DNA of 61,077 bases, filler included, from Sphacelaria rigidula (GCA_964200075.2; 8 parts of 8 records of this genome joined end to end with filler, not necessarily neighbours in it); one strand, 5' to 3'. Positions 1 through 12,291 are shown, numbered from the whole stretch's first letter. A program made the numbers and translations. The notes: generated from the letters alone by a model not told the origin.

Positions 1-50
1 GCAACGCAAGTGTGGAAGGATGTCTGACACTCTGATGAGCCTCGTTTTTC

Positions 51-1435
51 GTGCAACCGAATACCCCCCCCTATCGTAGGATGACTCCTGAACGATTTTC
101 CACGGCGCCCCTAGATTTCGGCCGGTGCACCACTACACCGTTCAAAATCAAAATTCCTGATGGAACGCCACCTATTGCTGCTCGTCCGTACCGTACAAAC
201 CCCCTCTTGGCGGATAAAATTCAGGTAATCCTCGACGGATACTTACCCGCCGGTTTAATACGGCACTCAACGTCCCCGTGGGCCTCTCCGCTTTTGTCGT
301 CCGGAAGAAGAACGGGAAAATTAGACTGACGATCAATTACCAACGATTGAACGCAGTCACCAAAATCGCACGCCTGCATCTTCCCCGGATATATGAAACC
401 ATTGACTCTCTCGGCGGGGGTAAAGTATTTTCGAACTTTGACATGCAGTTCGGCTACCACCAACTTGTGATGGATCCGCAATCTATAGAACTGGCGGCGT
501 TTTGTACATCGTCAGGCCTGTATGAATGGTTGGTAACACCACAAGGTGCCGCCGGCGCCCCCGGGGCATTTCAACGTGTGATGTTTCGTGTGACGGATGG
601 ATTGTCCAAGTGCCACATGTACCTCGATGACGCGGCCATACACGAAAGCACCCCTTCCGAACATGTCGAACACTTGGCATCCTTCTTCGCTCGCTTCGAA
701 CAACACAACTTGAAACTCGCCCCGTCTGAATCCCGCATTGGAGCGACCTGCATCGAATTCCTGGGCCATTGTATCATTCCTGAAGGTCGTAGTCCGGATC
801 TCAACAAGGTTGCCGCACTTACAGATATGCCCATGCCACGGGATACATCTCACCTGCGCTCCTTGCTGGGCGGTTTGAGCTACTACCGACAGTATTTGCC
901 GAACCTAGCCCAAACCCTCGAACCTCTCACCTCCCTTCTCGAAAAAGGAGTGAAATTCGCGTTCACCTCGGAAATGGAGGAAATAGTACGTCAACTACTC
1001 GACACCCTCTCGCGACCACCAATCTTGGTTTTTCCAGACTGGTCGGCCGCTGAGAATGGTTCACGTCCATTCGAATTTTACACGGATTCATCCAAAATTG
1101 GGTTTGGCTGCACGTTGGAGCAGGAACAACCAGATGCTAATATTCGGCCTATTGTTTACTTGAGTCGAACCACCTACCCAAACGAACCAAACTGGTCGGT
1201 CATGGAGCAAGAGGCCGGTGCGACGTTTGGGGAGTGCGGCGTCTCCGTCAGTACTTGTATGACATTCCGTTCGTGAGCTATACAGATTGTAAGTCTGTGG
1301 AAAACCTCAGCCAAAATGGCGGAACACAACGCCCGGGTCCAACGCTGGTTTGAAATCCTGTCTTCTTACAACTTCACGCTGAAGTATCGAACAGGACCTC
1401 AAAACGCAAATTCTGATTTTCTGTCTCGCTTGCCC
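51..1435 (+). pseudogene. pol: Gypsy pol: reverse transcriptase and RNase H (frameshifted)
   Basis: RPYR...SPWASP / VVRKKNGKIRLTINYQRLN, FDMQFGYHQL, PQGAAGAPGAFQR, catalytic YLDD, FLGH; RNase H FYTDSSKIGFG...RPIVYLSR...NANSDFLSRLP; frame changes near 295, 1225 and 1315. Confidence 0.95.
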
Positions 1436-2460
1436 ATCCCGGCCCAACCCATCGACAGCTCCGCCTTGGGACGCATCACGGATCCCACCGAAGACATTGT
1501 ATATTTCATTAGCAGAAACGGTCGTAGCGATATCTACACACCCCTCTCACTGAACAACAACTCGTCACTTGGCATGGATGGGCTGACGACTACAGCTCAC
1601 GCTTCTGTACCAGGCAGTATGCCACCTCAATCGTTGTTTTCAGTTTGGAGTGGAGCTAGTACAAACCCGAGCGGGTATGATCATTTCCGTGCAACTGGTC
1701 ATCGTATGGTTTATGCTGCAGATGTAGACCCGTCTTGTGCTGACTTCATCCTCCCGGTTCAGGTGCGAAATCTCATCTCGAGTAGAACCGGGGGACGACG
1801 GCCCGCCGAAACGGCCGCTGGCCCGGACCTGCCTATCCCAAGCCCCATCCCGGTGCCCGATATTTTCCTTGCGCCCCCTCACCCACCGCGGCGCGAGGCC
1901 CCCAGAAGATCGACTCCATCCACGGCACCCCTTCCTACTATATCCGAAGCTTCGGCTTTGCCCCCCTTCCCCGGTGATGATGCACCCACTGATGCCTCAT
2001 CATCCGATGCGCTAGTCGACGTAGGATTCGAAGACAATGTTCCGCTTGAGAGTACACTAACTGATTTCCCCGCGCATGATCCAAATATCCCCGATTCGAG
2101 TCAACACCACCGTGACACGAACCCTTTCATTTTGGAAAACCCGTCGGATAGTGTATTTGAGGAACGTTTGACCCTTCTTTCCCACGCCGATTGGGCCAGA
2201 GAACAACAAGCTGAACCTGCTTGTAGAGCGGCTATGCATTATCTATCCAAAGGTTGTCCGTCTTCTTTTCCAGCAACCGAATTCCTCTTGCCCGCTGGGG
2301 ACCACAAAGCCCCCACACAGGGTGAAGTTACTGAACTTTCGCGGAAAGGTGTGCCTTATACGGATGATGATAGTGTCGTTCTCTTGGTTCGCCGGCCCAC
2401 AGCGCCCCTTCGTGTGGGTAAACCTACTAGTAAACATGCCTGCTTGTTAGGTGATGACCC

Positions 2461-4345
2461 CACACGAATTTATGTGCCGATGCTGCTGCGCCCATGGGTT
2501 CTCCATGAGTGTCATTCGCAAGCATCGACACATCTGGGAGTTTCTCGGACCTCCCAGATGGTTGAGTGTTTTTATTGGTGGATTTGTATGGATCAGTGTG
2601 TACGTTGGTGGGTGAGGCGTTGTCTTTTGTGTCAGGCGCGAAAACTCACGTCAAACAGTTCGTTGGCCGATTGTTTCCATGCCACTCCCAAACGGGTCTG
2701 GTGAAGTAGTTTCGTGGGACTATTTTGGCCCCTTGCCCCTGACGGATAGTGGTCATAAGTATATTTTGTTGTTCACGGATAGATTTTGTCGACATGCGGT
2801 GATACACGCCGTCGCTGCCAGTAGCTATAACGCGGAAGATACCGCCAACATTCTTGTATACACGCATATTCCGCATTGGGGTGTGCCCAAACGATTGTTA
2901 TCCGATAACGGCCCGCATTTCGCCGGCAAGCTTTCTGCTGCGATCAGTAACCTCCTGGGTGCCCATCGTATGTTTACAAGTTCATACCATCCGTCCACAA
3001 ACGGTGGGACCGAACGAGTGAACCATACGATGGCTCAAATGCTTGCAACGGCAACCAACGAACGACAAACGGACTGGGACTTGCATTTGCCCCTTATTCA
3101 GATGAACTACAACAATTCAGTCAATGCCACAACGGGATTGGCTCCCAATGAAGTTCATATTGGCCGTATGCCCAGATTATCACTGACGATGTTCGAACGG
3201 AAATCTTATGGGGGCCATCAGAGTTCAGATAGGGATATCGCGGAGTACTATATTTCTGTTAGTAATCGCCTTCGTCTAGCGTATGAGGTGGTACGCGAGC
3301 AGAACCAGATCAACGCAGCGAAAGTAGCCAGGGCAAACACTGTGTTGGATGATGCGATCAACAATCGTCCGGTGTGGAAGGTAGATCAATGGGCATGGGT
3401 ATACAATGATGTGAAGACCGTAACTCAGGGGGCTAGCTCCAATAAGACGTCGTTGGATAAGGTCTTGAAGTCGAAACTATCCTCGAATTGGACTGGCCCC
3501 TGGAAAATCTTGACGGCAGGGCCCTGTGATGCTGCACCCGACAATAGTCCGGTAGGCGAGAAACTTTTGTATTTGGATTTTCCCACTGATGAACCTGGCA
3601 TCAAACCCAGAAACCGAGTATCGATGCTGAGGTGTAAACCGTGTCTGCCCCCGCATGATGCATCCGAAATGCCCAAGCAATTGCCAATGGGTCTCAGTCA
3701 GTACGTGTTGACCAACTATGCGACCAAAGCCCCCCCGTATCATATGACGGCTGAAGATGCCAACGGCCTCCTTGAGCGAGTAGTGGTAGATCGCATCTCG
3801 GGCCATCAATTAGTCCGAGGTCGTGGAAATAAAATAGCGGTTATGTACCAGACTCATTGGAAGGGTATCATGCGTGTTACATGGGAGCGTGAGGTCGGCT
3901 TACGTCACTTTCGTCGGGAAATATTGCTGTATTGGGTAGGAGATACCGTCCAACACCGCCCGTTGAATAAGATATTTAGGTCGATCGGCAAGGGAGCTGC
4001 CGCTCGGGAACTGGCACGACAGCACTCGGCGCGGTTTGCTGTAACAGGGTATAGCCTTCTCTCGCGTTTACAATACATGCGGTCTTTTCACGGACAACGG
4101 TTGCCAAAGGGGGCGTATTTTTGGTATAAGGCTTTGGATTCCCTGTGGTGGTTGGGTAAGATTCATTTGGTCGATCCTGCATCTGACAACTCCTACTTTA
4201 TTCGTTTCTTCGATGACCCGAGCCCCCTTGAGATTCGTTTGGACGATGCCTACTACACCGAGGTGCCTCCAACGACATGTCCAAGGCGATCTCGACACAG
4301 CCGTTCTACGCAACACGGACACCGCTTGGGAGGCAGAAGGCTCAT
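2461..4345 (+). pseudogene. pol: Gypsy integrase: HHCC zinc finger, DDE core, C-terminal chromo-like and Tudor/PWWP-like modules
   Basis: HECH...HLG...CLLC; WDYFGP, LSDNG, GTERVN; WTGPWKI; VVDRISGHQ...MYQTHWKG...TWERE; GAYFWYKALDSLWWLGKI...YFIRFFDD; frameshifts near 2650 and 4260. Confidence 0.9.
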
Positions 4346-4539
4346 GATGCCGCATCCGTGTCTCCTTCCCCACTCACCTTGCGTAGTATACCATGTTCGA
4401 ATGGCTTGTCTTGCATCGTAGCGTCGTTGGAAAACCATGTGTTCCCCCCCCCCCCCCCTTCATTTTTGTGTAGCCTCGTTCCTCTAGTTGTTGTTGTATT
4501 CTGTGTTTATGTGTAGCTTGGTACCTTCTTGTGTTTTCT

Positions 4540-4630
4540 TTGTTCTGTGTTGTGTTGTGTTGTGTTGTGTTGTGTTGTTTTGTTTTGTATTGTTTTATTT
4601 TGAGTCGATGTATATATATATATATATATT
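4540..4630. repeat. (TGTGT)n and (TA)n microsatellites in the retrotransposon 3' region
   Basis: Directly visible. Confidence 0.9.
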
Positions 4631-6737
4631 GGTACTCCTGGGTTCCTATATCGGTGTATTCCGTGTCGACCGTTCCACAAACATTCCTGACCCCGAGTCT
4701 GGAACATTTTGAACCTTCGTCGTCCGCGCCGTGCACTCACGACCAATCCGTATACTGGAACCGTCATCACGAGTTGTTATCTTTCCTTTCTTCTTTGTAC
4801 GCACCTTTGTCGTGTTGGTTTATTAGGCTGTTTTTTTGTTGTTGTTTCGGTCGCGAGTTTCCAGAGCGAGCGCCAGACATACCTGACCCCCCCGTCTGGA
4901 ATAGTTGCGCTTTTGTCCAATCGCTCCGCACACGACTACCACCTCCATCTTGAGGATCGGTCGCCACGTGTCTTTTTTTTGTGTGTGTGTGTGTTTCACG
5001 TTGTGTTTTTGTATCATGGGCGATAGCAACCAAGGTCGAGAGTCTGAAATGTTTTGAACTACTCGGCTGAAACTCTACTTGCTTCGTACACGCGATCACC
5101 GCTTCCGTTTACACGGCCGGTCGACATGTGATGTTATTTTTCTGCTTCATGCTTCTGATATGTTGTTTTCGCCGTTGCCAAGCGTACCCCTGGTTTTACA
5201 TTTTGGTTTTGGTTTTTGCGTCTATGTCGGGAAACGCCATGAGTGTTCCAACGTTCCTGAACCTCGAGTCTCGGAACACTCGGCCTATTTTTTCTGCGAG
5301 TCCTTCACACACGCGACCGTTCTCGTTTATATGAAGGATCACGTGTGATGCGACGCAACGGATGGTTTATACTTTGGTGATTGGAAAGTTACGACGAGGT
5401 CACCACTGGCCACGTCGCACGTCATGTTGAGGAATTGTCCTTACAGTAGTGGAATGTTTGGTTGCAAACGTCTCCTCATACATAACCATTGCGTATCATG
5501 ATAGGATAGATTGCTCTTCCGGAACAGACCGTTCCGCCATGTCGATATTTGACAATTGGTACAGCCTACAGGCTCAGAGTCCGCCACTCGCTACTTTCTT
5601 GTCACTGCTTACACCAGTTTTTTTGCGTACGGTTACCCGCCCATAAAGCGGTCGGTGGTGTTTTGTTTATATCAGGGGTTATTGGACGAAGTAACGTGAC
5701 GGTACGACTGGCTGTGGTTTTTACCTCAGTTTGTCTTCGAGCCAGTCTCGTTTTAGTCCGAATGGATGAATACCGTGAGGGGTGGACTGCGTTGGTCCTC
5801 CCTGTTCCGTGTATTTGTCGTGGTTCAGAAAGGTATTGAGCGATCCGCCTCGGAACTACGTTGTAAGTAGGCCCGAAGGTTGTGTATTGACTCAAATACG
5901 TTTCTTTTTACGTGTACGGATACCCGACCTTGCAAACCGGCCGGTTGTTTTGGTATCTCGTCGAGTGAGAAGAAATACAAAAAGTGTTGTATGACTGGAT
6001 CATCACCCAGACGTCCATAGCAACACGTTGCTGTCACGAACATGTACCGACAGTTAACTCACGTCAACGGGTTGATTGTCTGTATCATGTATTTTGCTTT
6101 GTTTTCAACGTATGGTTTTCGCGGGAAAGCACCTTTTTCGCGACGAAATCGGCTGTACGTTGTTGGCTTTTGCCGATCGACTGGGACGAGTGATTAGCAG
6201 GAAATTGGTTACCGGAGTGATATAAGGCCTTGGTGGGCTTGCTTGTTTTTTTACGAATGAACTCAAACAAATCGGACATCCGGTAAGAGTAAGCTGTTTT
6301 CATAATATAGTTATGGCAGGGTATGATGACCGTTTCAAGGATGAGCTCCTGACTTCCTGTGACTACACCGAAACGCTCACGGCATTTTGAGGACACTGCA
6401 TCTTAGGGTATCTCAGTTTGATGTGTTTTTTTGCTTATGATTCCTCGTGAGAATCTCACGGAATTCGAGGACAATGTACTGTATCGGTTCGATTTTTTCC
6501 TTTTGCCTTGTTTTTTTTTATGTTTTGTGTTGGTTTGTTTGTCTTTCTTTCATTCTTTCTTTCTTTTATCTCTTTGTGCTGGTCTACATTTTTTGTGGTG
6601 CGGGAGAAGGTATGGATGAAGCACTCTCGCCTCTTGTCATAATCTGCGAGTGCTTCAACCATGAGAGGCATATGTTATGTGATGTGTACTCTGCAGTTAC
6701 CAAAGGTTTTCGTCGGGACACACAGACCGGCGGGTAC

Positions 6738-6952
6738 TAGGGTTGTATATATTTGGCGAATATTTCAGCGGCTTGTAGATGCCGCACGAGCCAGCTGTTG
6801 GTTGATACGTGCGTAGTTGGACGCTATCGTATGGGATGAAGTGGAATTATTGGACTTCAACGGCAGATATATACGTAAGCTTATTTGAAGTTGCGTAGCT
6901 ACGTTTCTGAGTCATGACTTTGAGTAGAGAAGTGTCCGGGAACTGACTAACA
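6738..6952 (+). repeat. Candidate 3' LTR
   Basis: Follows a G-rich GACCGGCGGGTAC (weak PPT); ends CTAACA, whose reverse complement TGTTAG partly matches the start TAGGGTTG; 5' LTR is not in the contig, so it cannot be confirmed. Confidence 0.5.
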
Positions 6953-7294
6953 GGCAAGTGCACAGCCCCCTCTGTTCGCACTCTCTCACCGCCTAAGGCC
7001 TCAACAGCAGCAAAGGATAAATCAACACGTCGGCAGCGTCTGATTGACTCCAACTATCCCCTTTCTGCGGAGACTGAGCCTCAGGATCAAAGGAGACTAT
7101 ACGTGAGTTTTCCCTGGGTGTACTATATAACTTTTGCTTTGCCCACTTCTGTATTTGTACACACCTGTTCTGTTTCCGCAGCTGAGCATACAAACAATTG
7201 TAGCTTGCATCGCAATCGAAAGGTCAATTGATCCTTTGGGCATCCGCCATCACCACCCTGCATCAACAAGCAGCTACGGTGACAATCCAACTCT

Positions 7295-7501
7295 TCATTT
7301 GACGGTTTTGCCCCCGTTTTGCCTCATCGTAAGTACTCTACGCAGGTCTGCTGCAGTCTGCGCAGCGTCATGCTTTCCACCGGTTGTAGTATACCCGGCA
7401 TGCTGTCTCACAGCATCACGCAATTCATCGGGGGTCATAACCCAACCGTCCTTGTACATGTCTTCGAAGCAGCGGTGGATGTAGACAGTAAAGGAATCCT
7501 C
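7295..7501 (-). CDS. Putative terminal exon of an unknown gene (EDSFTVYIHRCFEDMYKDGW...GGKTVK*)
   Basis: Poly-C tract plus TCGTAG acceptor, 69-codon frame ending in TGA. Confidence 0.5.
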   Translation of the reverse strand, partial: EDSFTVYIHRCFEDMYKDGWVMTPDELRDAVRQHAGYTTTGGKHDAAQTAADLRRVLTMRQNGGKTVK

Positions 7502-7548
7502 CTACGATAGGGGGGGGGGAGTATTTAGGGCCATTTGTTCCTCGAAAT

Positions 7549-7648
7549 NNNNNNNNNNNNNNNNNNNNNNNNNNNNNNNNNNNNNNNNNNNNTTAATTAA
7601 TTAANNNNNNNNNNNNNNNNNNNNNNNNNNNNNNNNNNNNNNNNNNNN
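7549..7648. other. Artificial contig spacer (N + TTAATTAATTAA + N); same spacer at 15196-15295, 22843-22942, 30490-30589, 38137-38236, 45784-45883, 53431-53530
   Basis: Identical 100-nt spacers every 7647 nt. Confidence 0.99.
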
Positions 7649-8269
7649 ATAGCTCATAATAAGTGTATATCCTGTTGCATCAAGTTTTCATAACCCTGCA
7701 GATGGGTGGGGAAGGCGGGGGAGGGGAGAGGACGTGCATTGGATTGGCAAGATTTTCGTAGACACGTGTGGACGTGTTTGAATGCGTTCTTGGGGGAATG
7801 ATGTGTTGAGATACAACAGTAAATCACGTTTACGCGTGTCGTCGAGATGTCTCAGAAGTGACTACAAGTAGCACATTGTTGGCTGTACATTTTTCTTGAA
7901 ATAAGCACAGCTGTGGCGACAATTGAGGAAGATACAGGCTGTTCGTGGCCATCTACACGTTTCCCCGGGCATGCTTTGGCCTATAGAGAGGGGTGCCAAT
8001 CTGCGCGTACTGTGGCCTCCTTGTGGTCTACGAGGGAATGGCTTGTGAACAGTCGGTGTTCGCTTGTCCCATTTCGTTCCCATGTTGCATTCCCTGTAAA
8101 CCAGGGTCAAATACGACTCAATCCTAGACATTTGTTGTCCACCAGGCGAAGACTCTGACATCTGCCAGGATGCACCTCGCTTCAGTATTTCCCACGTCTC
8201 CTGCAAAGCAGAGTCAGTGTGACCTGTTTGCGCGGCACTTAGAGCCGTCCTCCATGTCCAACCGTCCAG

Positions 8270-8421
8270 ACCTGGTATTGCATGGTCTCGAAGAAGCCGC
8301 GTATGTCAAAATTGTACTGTCTACCCCTCGCCTTCTCTGCACCTCCCATGTCCATCGAGACATGAAGTGCGCTGCATTTTCCCCCGAAGCAGAGTATGGT
8401 AGCATCACGAAACAAAGAGTG
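8270..8421 (+). CDS. Putative internal exon, unknown gene (LVLHGLEEAAYVKIVLSTPRLLC...KQRV)
   Basis: CCAG acceptor, GTGGGT donor, phase 0 compatible with the next exon. Confidence 0.45.
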
Positions 8422-8552
8422 GTGGGTTCGGTATCGTGGTATGACGCTCGCCCCTGGCTCATGTGGGTTGTTGAACTCTTGCACGCATCCTACCGCCCTG
8501 TGCTGGCGGCGATGTGTGCTTCTCGTTGTTTTTACCCTCCGTGCGCTCGAAG

Positions 8553-10628
8553 GGCGCCGGGCAAACCCCCGCGCCGCCTTCGCCTGACCAAGACGGCGCT
8601 TGCAACGCCGATCCGGGCAATGTTTTCGAGGTGTTAGACCCTCCCTCTGGTCGCTCTTGTTCGATTCGCCAGGGCTCAGCTGGTGGCAGCAAGTTTCGAC
8701 TCGATCTCGGGGCAGCAGGCGATGGCGATGATGGTGATGATGATGGCAGCGGTCGTGGGGCCGCTGCTGGCGGTGCTGGCGGTGTTGCGGCAGTGGCGGC
8801 GGTGGCGGCGGCACCGGTGGCGACAGCTCAAGCAAGGATGCACGAATGCGGTGATGATGACAATAGCTGTAAAGAGCGCACCACAACAGCAACCGATACC
8901 GCTGAGCTCCCTGAAGACGTGCGCTACGGACGCACGAAAGACGAGCACAAAGACGACAGCGGCAGCTTCGAACCGTACAGCACCACGGCGACCGCGATGC
9001 GCGGCGCTGGTGACGGCGGTGGTGGTGTTTCAGGTACCGGGTACATCGGGGCACCTGAAGATGAAGCTGAGTGTGCCGTTTCTCCAAGTCATTCTACCGA
9101 TGGGGATAATGGATATGACCGTGACTGCAATGGGAGATCCAGGGAGCGACAGACGAAATGCGAGACATCCACGGAGCAGCGAGTTGCCCCGCGAGGGAAT
9201 TTCGTTGCCGTCCCGAAACATGATATCGGCATCGCTGCGGTGGAGTCATCCGACATTGACCCGAAGGAAGATCGTCAGGGCCACAGTCACTTGCAAAAAA
9301 CGGTGGATGATACTGCAGCAGCAAAAAGTCGCCGAAATGGAGGAAAACCCAATAGTTCACGGGTTTCTTCGGCGAATGATGGTGGGGCAGAGGACGTAGA
9401 CAAAGGCCATTCCAGATCATTTTCTTCGAGAGCCGGTTGTGCAGGAATCAACGACAGCACCACCATTCCGGCGACAAACCGCTGCACTAACCGATCAGCT
9501 GCAGTAACGGGCTCCACCTCAGTCATTGCCTCGGCTGCCTTCCCTGCTGTCATCGCACCCGGCGGTTCAAGCGACCGCATAAATATGGCCACCACCGACC
9601 ATCTGCAGCAGCAGCCAAGCTGGCGGCTACCTTCCCCGTCTGTAAGCGCCGCCGCCGAGCGGTTAAGGCAAGGCCTAATGGAAAACGGCACCGACGGCAC
9701 AATCGCCGCTGCCAGTAGCCAAAACGCCCGTTCGGAGATGGGGTATGTGGCGGCACGGGGGAACTCGAGAGTTGGGGTTGATAGCACTGGCCGCGCTGCT
9801 ATTGTGAGGTTTACATCGCCGGGCACAGCGACACTGCCTATAGCAGCTGCTACTGCCGCCGACACTGCTGCTCGCGACGTTGCTGCCCCCGCTAGTTCGG
9901 GCGGCGACTTGTCTGACGTCGGGTTTGGGGTCGGCGAAGTAAAAGGTTCGCGATATTCGGTCGCTGCGGTTGAGGAATCGAAAGAGGTGTGCGGAGTGAC
10001 TGCTGGTCATTCCATGGCACCCATCGCTGATTCTGGTACTGGTGTTGGTCTTGGCCTCATTGATGGTGCGCGGGTCGGTGCTTCTGCCGCGTCGCTGTCG
10101 TTGGCACGTGCGGACGCCCGTGCTGTTGGCCAGGCTGGCGGCTGCAGCTTGGGTAGCGCCCGACCGCTATTTGGCTACTCTGTGGAACGACGGCGTCGAA
10201 CCACCTCCACGGCCACGCCTGCTTTGTCGCGGAGCATTTCCAGAACCAGCCGACGGACCATTCTTTGGACGGGTAACGTTGAGCAACCAGATGGTGCTGA
10301 CCTGACCGCGATGGCATCGCCGCACGAAGCCGATGGCACCGTAGACGACGTGGCTTCTCAGGGTGGGAATCATCGCAACAAAATTCGACGGCGCAGCAAC
10401 GACCAAGGCGATGTCGACCACGGCTCGATGAGCAGCACGGACACGACTACCCGACCCGCGGAGGATGGACGGCCGCGTGCAGGTTGTTTCGATCTTGTCG
10501 GGGCGGGTACGAGTATCTCGGTCAGAGCTGTGTTGTTTCAGTGGTGGCGACAGCCGTGGCGGTCGTGGTTGCGTCGGTTGGAGGCGTGGGCACCTCATGC
10601 CGTGTTGGCGACCTTTGCTATGCGTCAG
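8553..10628 (+). CDS. Large internal exon (~692 codons), low-complexity Ala/Gly/Ser/Asp-rich, unknown protein
   Basis: 722-aa open frame, pyrimidine tract/AG at 8552, CAG|GTGAG donor at 10628. Confidence 0.75.
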
Positions 10629-11001
10629 GTGAGCGCACGTTTGAGAGTTTTGGTCCGGAAGACAGTTGTGTACAACCGGTAAGTCGGCACGGTATCATCG
10701 CCCGTCTTGTGAACACGGCTGGACTTCGTTGCGGATCAGTTGGTTAGCGACAATGACACAGTTTATCAGTGAGTTACGGTCGAAAATCACTGGCTCTTTT
10801 TTCTGGATACGTCTTACTGTGGGTGTGGTCGCCGATAGTAATGCATGTTTGAACAGACATTTGTCGACTAAATGGTAAAGTAGAGCGCATCAGCCCTGTG
10901 TCTCACGTAGCGCAGTCACGTGGACCCTTCGATTGGCCGGGCGAGGAGTTTGAGCTTGTCGTGACCAGCCGTCGCACAATATCAGAAGAAGCGTTCGCAT
11001 A

Positions 11002-12117
11002 CAGGCTGGACCGCCCAAGGCGCGGATAGGGATGTGAACACGCGATTTAGCAGCTCAATTTTGCGTCGTATTTTCTATGAAATTTTACACAATGTACAGG
11101 ACGTATGTACTAAAACTGCATTTTCGGCCTCCCATATTTTTTTTGGTTATTCAGGATTTTGTTCCGAAATAAATTGTTCTGAAATGTTGGGTCGCCGGTA
11201 ACTCACGGAGAAAAAATAAAAAGGTACGGGGAAGAGGGTGGTGTCTTCGCACATACATTCTTTACGTCGTCTTGAAATTTCATAGAAAATGACCCAAAAA
11301 TGAGCTGCTGAATCGCGTGCTTGTGTCGTAGACTGGTTCCTATGTGGAGATGGACCAGCCACGAAAAAACGAAACGCGGTTATGCTGTTCAATTTCAAGT
11401 ACTTTTCCACGAAATTTTGACACGATGCGCATAAGGTATGTTGTGAAGTCCTCATGGTGCCCCCTTGACAATTTTTTTTCAGTGAGTTGTCGACGCTTTT
11501 GTACCAGGAAAAAGGTTTCGAATTTTAGATCAATAACTCACGAGGGGGGAAAAAAAAAAGAGGGGGAAATGGTAGGGACTTCACACTTACCCCGTGTATA
11601 TCTTGTCAAAATTTCATGTATAACGACTTGAAATTGAGCAGTGAAATCGCGTTTTTCTGTCGAGATCCGGTTCACTTGGTTTTAGAGTACAACAACCTCA
11701 GCCGGAACTTTAACGTTTTCTACAAGCGCGACGCTTTGGCGCGCTGGAGGTCTCATCTGCGTGCCATCCCAAGACACTGCGCGCCTACAGTACGACATGT
11801 ATTGTTGTGCAACCACAACTACTGCAGCACCATCACTCTGCGGCCGCGGCACAACCGACTGTAGCCTTAAGTGCGATTTCAGCCGTTTCCCCCCCCTAAT
11901 TCCGCCGCACATGCCACCCATGACTCTCTACACTTTGCAGCTGACTACAGTTTGGTATTTCGTTTGATGGGAACTTGCCAGGTCGCAGTGCCACGTGAAG
12001 TGGAGGACGCGCTTCGATTTGCAGGTTACCACGATGTGTCATAGTAGGCACAAGCCGCGATAGATCGTCAGTTAGAACCGGCAGAAGGAAAGTCCGCTTC
12101 TTAGGCGGCCCAGCCTG
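11002..12117. mobile_element. Non-autonomous Tc1/mariner-type element
   Basis: TIRs CAGGCTGGACCGCCCAAGGCGCGGA / TCCGCTTCTTAGGCGGCCCAGCCTG, TA on both flanks; matching right end also at ~15527-15582. Confidence 0.8.
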
Positions 12118-12291
12118 TATGTGTGAAAATCGTGACGAACTTCCCCTCTCTCGCGAGCGTATCTCCCCCATGCGCTGCGGCATTTGTTTTTCGTTGTTTC
12201 GTCGCTGACTTTTTCGTGTCTGCTCTGTCGCTTTGCTGCACTCGGTCTTCTCGATATGCTTTTGAATTCCCGCTCTTTTCCTATCCGGCAG

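Larger units (their letters stand above)
1..6952 (+). mobile_element. Ty3/Gypsy LTR retrotransposon, 5'-truncated by the contig start, degenerate
   Basis: Domain order RT-RNase H-integrase across frameshifted ORFs, then ~2.3 kb non-coding region and a candidate 3' LTR. Confidence 0.95.

Noticed and set aside
4374-6740. env-like or antisense accessory ORF in the Gypsy 3' region
   Set aside because: ORFs are short and hydrophobic only because of T/G microsatellite composition
7549-7648. TTAATTAATTAA motifs recurring at fixed spacing
   Set aside because: Artificial six-frame-stop linker inside N spacers; the copy at ~29814 is natural AT-rich sequence
8270-8350. Resemblance of YVKIVLSTPRLLC to an MRH/OS-9 domain end
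   Set aside because: Too short and lacks the expected upstream cysteines
8239-10598. Long overlapping ORFs opposite or out of frame with GC-rich exons (also 28489-29112)
   Set aside because: Shadow ORFs from GC-rich low-complexity coding sequence
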